A DNA stretch of 64,000 nucleotides from a bacterium (lineage in GTDB: Bacteria > Omnitrophota > Gorgyraeia > Duberdicusellales > 4484-171), in the NCBI GenBank assembly GCA_021796115.1, contig JAJYOP010000001.1:119755-183754 (forward strand), given 5' to 3'. Every line of letters starts with the position of its first letter. Position 1 is the first letter of the stretch. This document shows positions 8,698 through 16,079 of this stretch, piece after piece. The position numbers were made by a program, and so were the translations under genes. The notes beneath the pieces are model-generated. The model saw only the letters and a list, made by a program, of their open reading frames with translations. It ran no database searches and was not told the DNA's origin.

Positions 8698-9672
8698 ATG
8701 AGTAAAAAACTGCCAGTAATTAAAAAGTTAATTTTGATTGCTTTGTTCCTTTCTTTTTCGGCCGGAAATTTGCGCGCCGCTACCAACGAAGAAAAAAAGA
8801 ATGAAGATTTAAAGAAACTTCAGGAAAAATTCACCTGGTGGCCTACCGATGCAAAGCCCGCTCCGATAAAAGATGAAACTACCGGAGGCTATTGGTGGTG
8901 GCCCAATAAGCCCGGCGAAACAAGGCCGTGGGGTAATCGAGGCTACATTTATGTCTATAAAATGATTTTTGATTACAAGGCAGAAGAACTACCGCCGCCA
9001 AAGCCACAGGAAAAAAGGCCATCGCTGCTTATTAAGAAGATAATTAAAAACGTAAAGATATATTTTGATTTTGACAGCGCTAAGTTAAGAAAAGATGCGA
9101 CACAAATTTTAGAAAGCGCAGTAAAAACGCTCGAAAAAGAAAAAGAAGCCGACATACTTATAACCGGCAATTGCGATATCCGCGGCTCCGAAAAATACAA
9201 TTTAAAACTTGGCAGAAAGCGTGCCGAAAGCGTAAAAAAATTCATGATTAATAACGGAATTCCCGAAGAAAGAATCCGTATTGTCAGCCGCGGTAAACTC
9301 GATGCCATTGCCCATGTAACCGATTTAGAAGGTATGCAGAAGGACCGGAATGCCCAATTTATGATTGCCGAAGTCGAAGAGATAATGGTTCCTTACACAG
9401 GAGAGGGCGGTTCAGAAGAAACTATTCCTTCCGATGCTAAAATGATAGAGGAAGGAAAATATATTGAAGAAAAAGAAGAACCGGTTGAAAGCGAAGTTAA
9501 GGTTTCAACAAGAGAATATACGGTTAAAAAAGGTGACTCTCTCTGGACAATAGCGCAACATGAATTAGGCAGCGGCCATCGCTGGAAATATATTTATGAG
9601 ATGAACAAGAAGGTAATTAAAAAGCCGAATAAGTTGAAAACTGGTACGAAAATACTAATCCCCATCGAGTAG
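8698..9672 (+). CDS. OmpA-family protein with C-terminal LysM domain
   Basis: OmpA_C-like IYFDFDSAKL...GNCDIRGSEKYNLKLGRKRAESV; LysM YTVKKGDSLWTIA...GTKILIP. Confidence 0.8.
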   Translation: MSKKLPVIKKLILIALFLSFSAGNLRAATNEEKKNEDLKKLQEKFTWWPTDAKPAPIKDETTGGYWWWPNKPGETRPWGNRGYIYVYKMIFDYKAEELPPPKPQEKRPSLLIKKIIKNVKIYFDFDSAKLRKDATQILESAVKTLEKEKEADILITGNCDIRGSEKYNLKLGRKRAESVKKFMINNGIPEERIRIVSRGKLDAIAHVTDLEGMQKDRNAQFMIAEVEEIMVPYTGEGGSEETIPSDAKMIEEGKYIEEKEEPVESEVKVSTREYTVKKGDSLWTIAQHELGSGHRWKYIYEMNKKVIKKPNKLKTGTKILIPIE

Positions 9673-9689
9673 GAATAAAATAACAATGT

Positions 9690-9729
9690 AAACGCTGATC
9701 GTAGCTAAAAGGGCTATGGTCAGCGTTTT
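9690..9729 (+). terminator. Intrinsic terminator
   Basis: AAACGCTGAtcGTAGC / GCTAtgGTCAGCGTTT stem followed by a T-run. Confidence 0.7.
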
Positions 9730-9955
9730 CTAATTTGTTTGCGCAGACAATTTATGTTCGCTTCGCTCCATAAATTACAGACCATAAGTTTTCTGCGAAA
9801 CAATCTTTGGCATTTACCTAATAAAATATTAAGGCAGGTGTCAAGTTAATTCGTACTGTGATTTTTTATTCGCCATGCCTGTCCACCAGGACGTCCTGTT
9901 GGGCTGCCCTTCAGGTAGTCTCAGGCTTGAAAAAAATCACATGCTCATTAAAAAA

Positions 9956-10282
9956 ATGAGAACCGTAGCGCTTTTATTTATTTCCAACATTTTTATGACT
10001 TTTGCCTGGTATGGACACCTAAAGTATAAGAATTCTCCTTTATGGATTGCAATATTTGTGAGCTGGCTTATTGCCTTTGTAGAATATTGTTTTCAGGTCC
10101 CGGCAAACCGCATAGGCTATTATGAATACAGCGCCGCCCAGCTTAAAACAATACAGGAAGTTATAACTTTGATAGTTTTTTCGGTATTTTCAGTTTTCTA
10201 TCTTAAAGAAGGTTTAAAATGGAATCATGCGGTAGGCTTCCTGCTTATAATTTTAGCAGTAGTATTTATTTTTAAAAAGTAA
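9956..10282 (+). CDS. DMT-superfamily small membrane protein (DUF486-like)
   Basis: Start moved to MRTVALLFISNIFMTFAWYGHLKYK, the typical N-terminus of this family. About 4 TM helices. Confidence 0.65.
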   Translation: MRTVALLFISNIFMTFAWYGHLKYKNSPLWIAIFVSWLIAFVEYCFQVPANRIGYYEYSAAQLKTIQEVITLIVFSVFSVFYLKEGLKWNHAVGFLLIILAVVFIFKK

Positions 10283-10369
10283 TAATAAGCACATCATTTT
10301 TTCAAGCACGAAGTGTGTAGAAAAAATGATAGTGCGAATTATCCCTTCACTTCGTCCCAAGCAAAGCTT

Positions 10370-10435
10370 GGGATAATTCGACTACACACTTTTTCAGATT
10401 TCCTGTCTGAAAAAGTGTAAGTCTCATTGGGAGGT
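10370..10435 (+). promoter_or_regulatory. Conserved leader hairpin, copy 2
   Basis: GGGATAATTCGAC, perfect 13-bp stem ACACTTTTTCAGA / TCTGAAAAAGTGT, GTCTCATT, GGGAGG Shine-Dalgarno. Confidence 0.6.
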
Positions 10436-10440
10436 GTGTA

Positions 10441-10854
10441 ATGAAAAAAGTCTTATTTTTATTAGCTATTTTTATAATTGTTATCGGTAATTTATATGCC
10501 CAGCAAACAGAGTCTCTTGATGGAAACGGTTGGAAATTACTTAACCGATACAGGGATGGCATGACTATGCGCATGGTTTTAGTGCAGGGTATTATCGCCG
10601 GCGCAGAGGCCATGAATCGCGAGCGCGCCAGAGAAATTTATCCAGGTAGCGATTATAACAAACTTTCCCTGATGATGGATGAGTTCTATAGCGAAGATAA
10701 AAATTTATCAATACCTACACAATATGCTTTATATGTCATTTTTTTAAAAATTAAAAATCACCCCAAAAACGAAATTGATGAAGCAATTAAAAAATTTAGA
10801 AAAGGTTTCCAGCCGCAGTTTTTAGAAATCGATAAAGAAAAAGCAAAAAAATAA
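10441..10854 (+). CDS. Hypothetical secreted protein
   Basis: Signal peptide MKKVLFLLAIFIIVIGNLYA; no family recognised. Confidence 0.55.
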   Translation: MKKVLFLLAIFIIVIGNLYAQQTESLDGNGWKLLNRYRDGMTMRMVLVQGIIAGAEAMNRERAREIYPGSDYNKLSLMMDEFYSEDKNLSIPTQYALYVIFLKIKNHPKNEIDEAIKKFRKGFQPQFLEIDKEKAKK

Positions 10855-10899
10855 TTTTGTATATTATTGACATAATCCGGTAGTGTGATAAATTAAAAA

Positions 10900-11271
10900 T
10901 TGATGATCGAAAGGCGCAAGTTTGATAGAGTATTTAAATCATCAATTGTGAGATTTAGATTTTTTAAAAGCCACCTCGGCATGTCTTCCCGTTGCGAGAA
11001 CATTTGTGAGGAAGGTATGCGCTTGGTTGCTCTCCAAAGGCTCTCACCCGGCATGATGCTTAATCTAAATTTCCAATTGGAAGAATTAGGCCCGCCAATT
11101 TTAGCTTCCGCCAAAGTGATATGGCAAAACAACAGGGATAATATTTACTATCCCTTTGCGGTAGGATTAAAATTCACCAAAATAAGTTCTGCCGACCGCG
11201 AAAGAATCGCTAGTTACATAAAAACAGCAAGCAGAGAAAACCCTTCTAATGCCCCTAAAGTCGTCCGTTAA
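10900..11271 (+). CDS. Stand-alone PilZ domain protein
   Basis: RRKFDR (RxxxR) near the N-terminus and a NICEEG variant of D/NxSxxG. Confidence 0.65.
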   Translation: MMIERRKFDRVFKSSIVRFRFFKSHLGMSSRCENICEEGMRLVALQRLSPGMMLNLNFQLEELGPPILASAKVIWQNNRDNIYYPFAVGLKFTKISSADRERIASYIKTASRENPSNAPKVVR

Positions 11272-11377
11272 TCCCTTATATTTAGCGAAAAAGAAGTTGC
11301 GAAGGCGTTTGCCTGTGTTATAATTTCCTATCTCTGCTTGACGATAAATTTCATCCCGTTACAGGGCGATTATAAGT

Positions 11378-11461
11378 GCCGAGGTAACTTCCGCCAAAGG
11401 CGGACCCGCCCACATATAAAAAATTATCGGTGGCGGGCAGTCGGTATCCGACTTCGCTACC
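11378..11461 (+). pseudogene. tRNA-Phe 5' fragment (acceptor 5' strand + D arm) interrupted by a 48-nt double-hairpin element
   Basis: GCCGAGGTAact[11390-11437]CAGTCGGTA matches GCCGAGGTAgctCAGTCGGTA of the intact tRNA-Phe 150 nt downstream. The upstream TAAGT is also shared. Confidence 0.55.
11390..11437. repeat. Double-hairpin element E, copy 1
   Basis: CCGCCAAAGGCGG + CCCGCCCACATATAAAAAATTATCGGTGGCGGG; ~90% identical to 59284-59328. Confidence 0.7.
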
Positions 11462-11526
11462 TTAAAAAATAGAGTGACTTATAATTTTGAAAATTATGTC
11501 ATCACTTAATGTGGTGGCTTTTAAGT

Positions 11527-11599
11527 GCCGAGGTAGCTCAGTCGGTAGAGCGAAGGACTGAAAATCCTTGCGTGGGGGGTTCGATTCCCTCCCTCGGCA
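11527..11599 (+). tRNA. tRNA-Phe (GAA)
   Basis: Cloverleaf folded by hand: acceptor GCCGAGG/CCTCGGC, anticodon loop CTGAAAA, T-loop TTCGATT. No encoded CCA. Confidence 0.9.
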
Positions 11600-11611
11600 C
11601 TGTATTATTTT

Positions 11612-11639
11612 AGAGAGGTTATAAAACCTCTCTTTTTTA
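11612..11639 (+). terminator. Intrinsic terminator after tRNA-Phe
   Basis: AGAGAGGTT-ATAA-AACCTCTCT followed by TTTTT. Confidence 0.85.
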
Positions 11640-11692
11640 TTGGGATTAGGCATAATTCTATATGAAAAACATACAATATCAAATTGTTAGGA

Positions 11693-11715
11693 AAATTTCT
11701 CCCAGGGAAAAATTT
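11693..11715. promoter_or_regulatory. 23-bp palindrome AAATTTCTCCC-A-GGGAAAAATTT (candidate operator)
   Basis: One mismatch between the half sites. Centred ~60 nt upstream of the inferred riboswitch transcription start. A related site lies at 12911-12931. Confidence 0.5.
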
Positions 11716-11727
11716 AGGAAAGTAGCC

Positions 11728-11758
11728 TTGCAATCTTGTTAAATATATGTTATACAAT
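11728..11758 (+). promoter_or_regulatory. Sigma70-like promoter of riboswitch cassette 1
   Basis: TTGCAA-N17-TATACAAT. A 32-nt block AATCTTGTTAAATATATGTTATACAATAAATG is identical at 52039-52070. Confidence 0.6.
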
Positions 11759-11789
11759 AAATGGTAAGGTAGTTCTTCAAAATTTATAG

Positions 11790-11937
11790 GAAAAAAGCTA
11801 ATCCTGAGAAACCAGGTGGCGCAACCCACGAACCAGAACATAGTTCGATTCGGTGGGTTGCCCGGCACCGAATTTATTCTGGTGCTGGGCAAAGCTTAAA
11901 GAGCCTAAAGCCGTAAGGCTATGGTAGTCAGCTGCCG
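11790..11937 (+). promoter_or_regulatory. GEMM-I-like cyclic-dinucleotide riboswitch aptamer, copy 1 (carries a ~66-nt insertion)
   Basis: AGCTAATCC..GAAA..GGCGCAA[insert]AAGCTTAAAGAGCCTAAAGCCGTAAGGCTATGGTAGTCAGCTGCCG resembles the Vc2 core GGCAAACC..GAAA..GGGACGCAAAGCC..GGCCTAAACC..CCGGTAGGTAGCGGGG. Confidence 0.65.
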
Positions 11938-11954
11938 TAAAATACAGAATGTTT

Positions 11955-11986
11955 AAAGCCCATAGTTTTGACTATGGGCTTTTTTG
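11955..11986 (+). terminator. Intrinsic terminator (riboswitch expression platform)
   Basis: AAAGCCCATAG-loop-CTATGGGCTTT followed by a T-run. Confidence 0.85.
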
Positions 11987-12129
11987 TTTGAGCAGGCAAT
12001 CTATGCTTGCTCTTACCGCAAGCGCAGGAGTTTGCATCCGGACCTAATCCCTTTTGCCAGAATTCTACGGGCTTTGTCCGTGCGGGTTCCAGGTTTTCAA
12101 AAATTGGCAAACTCCAGAAAATTTTACTT

Positions 12130-12158
12130 TTGATAACAAAGAAAAATTGTAATACAAT
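12130..12158 (+). promoter_or_regulatory. Sigma70-like promoter proximal to pilin 1
   Basis: TTGATA-N17-TACAAT, 25 nt upstream of the GGAGGG Shine-Dalgarno. Confidence 0.55.
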
Positions 12159-12182
12159 ATTACTATAAAAAGGAGGGTAGTA

Positions 12183-12548
12183 ATGAGAAATAAAAAAGGT
12201 TTTACGCTTATCGAATTAGTCATGGTTATTGTTATCCTGGGTATTTTGGCAGTAGTGGCCGCACCAAAGTATTTTAACCTTTCAGCATCCGCCAACCAGG
12301 CAGCAGAACAGGGTGTAGTGGGCGGAGTAAGGTCCGGTATCTCGAGTTATTTTGCGCAGAATAAAGCTTATCCTCTAACCCTGGACGCAGCTCTACCTGT
12401 TGCCTGTAGTACAGCAAACGCATGTTTTACAAACGTTCTCTCGCAGGGCGGTATCACTTCCCAATGGACAAAGGTTAGTAATACCCTTTATAGAGGGCCG
12501 ACTGGTACATCATACACTTATACTGTCGCAGATGGCTCGTTTCAATAA
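12183..12548 (+). CDS. Type IV pilin (paralog 1, canonical Gly at -1)
   Basis: Prepilin leader MRNKKG|FTLIELVMVIVILGILA with Glu+5; Cys-x6-Cys pair in the C-terminal part. Confidence 0.85.
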   Translation: MRNKKGFTLIELVMVIVILGILAVVAAPKYFNLSASANQAAEQGVVGGVRSGISSYFAQNKAYPLTLDAALPVACSTANACFTNVLSQGGITSQWTKVSNTLYRGPTGTSYTYTVADGSFQ

Positions 12549-12550
12549 TA

Positions 12551-12700
12551 ACGCGAGTTTTACATAGTCAGATAGCACTTATTGCCCCTGCAATGCTTCT
12601 TGTTTTTGCTTCCCTTGCTCCGGGAGAATAGTTGTATTCATCAGCCAAAGACCTCAAGAAAATCAGTAACAAAAGTATATTTTTCCCTGTACCCTCCTAC
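12551..12700 (+). pseudogene. Remnant of the PilX-like gene 5' end (start codon ATG changed to ACG)
   Basis: ACGCGAGTTTTACATAGTCAGATAGCACTTAT... aligns with ATGCGAGTTTTACAGAGTAAGGCTATAGCACTTAT at 17085 and 16451. Homology fades after ~130-150 nt and in-frame stops appear. Confidence 0.6.
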
Positions 12701-12910
12701 GAAATCACCATACCTACAAAGTAAGAATAGCCATAACTACTAAAAACCGCCCTTAACAGCACACCGTATTATCGGCCCCTTAGCTAAAAAATATTCCGGC
12801 AGTTGGCAAATATAAAAATGATTAAGCAATAGAATAATACCAGAGGCAGCAGACAACAAATTCGCCTCTAGGGAGTAAATCCGGCGTATACTTTATCAAA
12901 CTGTTGGGAG

Positions 12911-12931
12911 AATTTCTCTCAGGGAAAAATT
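12911..12931. promoter_or_regulatory. Second copy of the TTTCTC-N-GGGAAAAATT palindrome
   Basis: AATTTCTCTC-A-GGGAAAAATT, ~50 nt upstream of the extended -10 promoter in front of pilB. Confidence 0.45.
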
Positions 12932-12957
12932 AAAAAATAGATGGTGCAGAAAGATTG

Positions 12958-12966
12958 TGATATAAT
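12958..12966 (+). promoter_or_regulatory. Extended -10 promoter element upstream of pilB
   Basis: TGaTATAAT; no good -35 element. Confidence 0.45.
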
Positions 12967-13098
12967 AAAAATTATTCATCCAGGGAAAACCTTTAGTTTA
13001 TGAAAATAGAGCCCCGCGGACTTTAGTCTATGGGCCCAACGCGTAAAAAATTGCTCTCAAAGGCTGCTTAAATAATTATTGACGGATAGGAAGAAAAA

Positions 13099-14769
13099 AT
13101 GGCAGGCAGTTTAGAAATTTTAGATTTGTTATTAAAAGAAGGTTTAATAACTTCGGAACAGATTGAAAAGGCAAAAATAGAGACCAAACGTACCGGCCTA
13201 AGCATAGAGAGGGCTCTGGAAAAGTTAGGTTTTATTACCGAGGAAGATATCGTAAGGACACGGGCAAACGCACTGGGGATACCCTATATGGATTTGGAGA
13301 GCTGCCAAATTGACCCCAATATTATAAAACTAATTCCTGAAAGCATCGCCAGAAAATATAAAATCCTTCCTCTTTTTAAAATCGGCAACAGTCTTAATGT
13401 GGCGATGGTTAATCCCTCTGACATAGTTGCCATGGATCAGATACGAAGATTGATATCCAGCGGAGGGAACCTTGAGGTGATATTAGTAAGCCAAAAAAGC
13501 TTAGAGAAAGTTTTGGATGATTGTTTCGATACGAGCGGCGCAACCGCGAAGATACTTGAATCAATAGATAAGTCCGCCGGAAAAATAAAACAAACAGGGC
13601 TGATAGAAAGCGCCGATGAGGCGCCAGTCATAAAATTGGTCGACTCATTAATCGCCGAAGCAGTAAAAAACAGGGCTTCGGATATTCACATCGAGCCTGA
13701 ACAGGCAAATGTGCGGGTACGTTTCCGCATTGACGGAGCACTGCAAGAGATAAATTTCCTTCCTAAATCACTTCAGGATAATGTAGTGTCACGCATCAAA
13801 GTTTTATCCAAGATGGATATTGCGGAAACCCGCAGCCCGCAGGATGGCAGTATCAATATGAAGCTGGAAAACCGGGAATTAGATATCCGCGTTTCCACCT
13901 TTCCTACTATTTACGGAGAAAATGTCGTGATGCGGCTTTTAGACAAAACTTCGGTTTTGTTCGGGCTTAAGGACCTTGGGCTTTCAGAAGAGACTCTCAA
14001 CCAGTTTAATAAGCTTATCCGCCGGCCAAACGGAATAATCCTGGTTACCGGACCAACCGGCAGCGGAAAAACTACTACTCTATACGCGGCGCTTACCAGC
14101 ATCAGTTCCATGGAAAAGAATATTATTACCATCGAGGATCCGGTTGAATACGAGCTGCCTTTGATTCGGCAAACTCCCGTTAATACCAAAGCGGGGATTA
14201 CCTTTGCTAACGGCTTGCGCAGTATCCTCAGACAGGATCCGGATATTATTATGGTGGGAGAAATTCGTGACAAGGAGACTGTGGAAATAGCTATACAGGC
14301 CTCGCTTACGGGCCATCTTGTGTTTTCCACCCTGCATACCAATGATGCCGCTTCGGCGCTCACGCGTTTAATCGATATTGGCGTTGAGCCATTTTTAGTC
14401 TCAAGTTCCATCGTCGGCATTCTTGCTCAGCGTTTAGTGCGCCTGATTTGCCCAAAGTGCAAGGAGGCCTATACTCCTAGCAGCGATATTCTTGAGGAGC
14501 TTGGTCTTTCCAAACAGGAAGAATATTTACACGGTAAAGGTTGCCCAGTTTGCAAAAAAACCGGCTTTTTTGGCAGAGTGGGCATATTTGAATTGCTGGT
14601 TATCAATGAGGATATCCGTAAAATGATAGAGGCAAAAAGTTCTGCGGATGAGATAAAAAAAAGGGTCATCTCCCTCGGGATGACTACATTACGCCAGGAT
14701 GGCATTAATAAAATAAAACAGGGATTAACCACCGCCGAAGAGGTTGTTAAGGTAACAGAAATAGAATAG
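13099..14769 (+). CDS. pilB: Type IV pilus assembly ATPase (GspE/PilB/MshE family)
   Basis: N-terminal T2SSE_N-like repeats, Walker A GPTGSGKTTT, Asp/His boxes, tetracysteine CPKC...CPVC. Confidence 0.9.
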   Translation: MAGSLEILDLLLKEGLITSEQIEKAKIETKRTGLSIERALEKLGFITEEDIVRTRANALGIPYMDLESCQIDPNIIKLIPESIARKYKILPLFKIGNSLNVAMVNPSDIVAMDQIRRLISSGGNLEVILVSQKSLEKVLDDCFDTSGATAKILESIDKSAGKIKQTGLIESADEAPVIKLVDSLIAEAVKNRASDIHIEPEQANVRVRFRIDGALQEINFLPKSLQDNVVSRIKVLSKMDIAETRSPQDGSINMKLENRELDIRVSTFPTIYGENVVMRLLDKTSVLFGLKDLGLSEETLNQFNKLIRRPNGIILVTGPTGSGKTTTLYAALTSISSMEKNIITIEDPVEYELPLIRQTPVNTKAGITFANGLRSILRQDPDIIMVGEIRDKETVEIAIQASLTGHLVFSTLHTNDAASALTRLIDIGVEPFLVSSSIVGILAQRLVRLICPKCKEAYTPSSDILEELGLSKQEEYLHGKGCPVCKKTGFFGRVGIFELLVINEDIRKMIEAKSSADEIKKRVISLGMTTLRQDGINKIKQGLTTAEEVVKVTEIE

Positions 14770-14771
14770 CT

Positions 14772-15992
14772 ATGGGCATTTTTCAATATAAGGCAAGAGA
14801 TAAATTTAATCGGCCGAAAACCGGCGTACTTAGCGCCAGCTCCATAGATTTAGTGGCGGTAAAGCTAAAAAGCGAAGGTTATATTCCTATTTCCATTGTT
14901 CCCAAAAAAGAAAATGTGGCAGAGGTATTAAGCGATAAGGTTTCTCTGCGGGCAAAAGTGTCTTTTTCCGAGCTGAATGCTTTCACCCGCCAATTCCACA
15001 CGCTGCAAAAATCAGGCATTCCGATTCTTTTATCATTAACGGCGCTGGAAGAGCAGACGAAGAACCCGCTTTTTAAAAAAGTCATCGGCAAAATTACTAC
15101 TGATATAGCGGCAGGTTTAAAGCTTTCGGTTGCCTTGGAAAAATACCCCCGGATTTTTAATAAGATGTACACCAATATGGTTAAGACCGGAGAAGCCTCC
15201 GGACGTTTAGACGAAATCCTGTGGAGGCTGGTAGTATTAGGCGAACATGAGGAGCGTATCCGCATGCGTATTAAAGCTGCTACGCGCTATCCGATAATCG
15301 TGATAACCGCACTTAGCCTTGGTTTTATAGTTTTGACTACCTTTGTCGTGCCGCGCTTTGCAAAAATTTTCAGCCAATTCAAGGTAGATTTGCCTTTGCC
15401 CACCCGCATCCTTTTAGGGATACATTTTATTATCACGAAATTCTGGTGGCTGATTATAATTTTGGTTGTAGCAGGAGTTTTTGCTTTTTTGCGGATTATC
15501 CGTACCAATAAAGGCAGGCTCGTCTGGGATACTTTAAAACTAAAAATCCCTGTGTTTGGCCCTTTGATTTTAAAAATAATTGTTTCGCGCTTTACCAGGG
15601 TTACTGCCATACTTTTGTCTGCAGGTGTTTCTATCTTAGAGGTTTTAGACCTTACCTCCGAAGGCGCGGGGAATGTAGTTATTGCGCGCATAATTAATAA
15701 TATCAAAATAAGCGTTAATCAGGGCAAAGGCATGCTTGCGCCGATGAAAGAAAGCGGAATATTCCCTTCTGTCGTAATTCTGATGGTTTCTACTGGCGAA
15801 CAAACCGGCGCGATGAGTGAGCTCCTGACTCATGTTGCCGATTATTTCGACGAGCAGATAGATTATACCATTAGCAATCTGGTTGCCTTGATTGAGCCGA
15901 TTCTGATTTTTATTTTAGCTTGCGGAGTATTGCTAATGGCTTTAGGGATATTTTTACCAATGTGGAATATCATGTCGCTTTTTAAAAAATAA
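14772..15992 (+). CDS. pilC: Type IV pilus platform protein (GspF/PilC family)
   Basis: Duplicated T2SSF domain, 3 TM segments, 406 aa, directly after pilB. Confidence 0.88.
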   Translation: MGIFQYKARDKFNRPKTGVLSASSIDLVAVKLKSEGYIPISIVPKKENVAEVLSDKVSLRAKVSFSELNAFTRQFHTLQKSGIPILLSLTALEEQTKNPLFKKVIGKITTDIAAGLKLSVALEKYPRIFNKMYTNMVKTGEASGRLDEILWRLVVLGEHEERIRMRIKAATRYPIIVITALSLGFIVLTTFVVPRFAKIFSQFKVDLPLPTRILLGIHFIITKFWWLIIILVVAGVFAFLRIIRTNKGRLVWDTLKLKIPVFGPLILKIIVSRFTRVTAILLSAGVSILEVLDLTSEGAGNVVIARIINNIKISVNQGKGMLAPMKESGIFPSVVILMVSTGEQTGAMSELLTHVADYFDEQIDYTISNLVALIEPILIFILACGVLLMALGIFLPMWNIMSLFKK

Positions 15993-16079
15993 AAGAGATA
16001 ATTATTCAAAAAGTTAAACAAGGGGAGGGGTATCCTGAAATATAGATTAAGTATCTTAATATTCAAAAGGAGGGCGGTA

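Noticed and set aside
9884-9900. GGACGUCC hairpin as a guanidine-II (mini-ykkC) riboswitch upstream of a small transporter
   Set aside because: The loop would be ACGU rather than ACGR. There is no second ACGR hairpin, and the downstream gene is DUF486 rather than a SugE/SMR-type exporter.
12060-12182. Sigma-54 promoter upstream of the pilin gene
   Set aside because: No TGGCAC-N5-TTGC element is present (TTGGCAAACTCCAGAAA lacks the -12 TTGC). A good sigma70-type TTGATA-N17-TACAAT is present instead.
13099-13290. MshEN-type c-di-GMP binding motif in the PilB N-terminus
   Set aside because: Aligning on the conserved G(L/I)(L/I) core puts E-I-L and S-I-E where the motif requires R-L-G in both repeats. 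The key Arg and Gly are therefore absent, and this looks like a generic T2SSE_N domain.
13911-14420. 169-aa antisense ORF inside pilB. Similar long shadows lie at 2091-2525, 32606-33040, 35907-36332, 43121-43504, 45858-46364, 48215-48574, 55227-55688 and 60138-60506
   Set aside because: All lie opposite confidently assigned conserved genes. They have no recognisable motifs and are typical antisense open frames.
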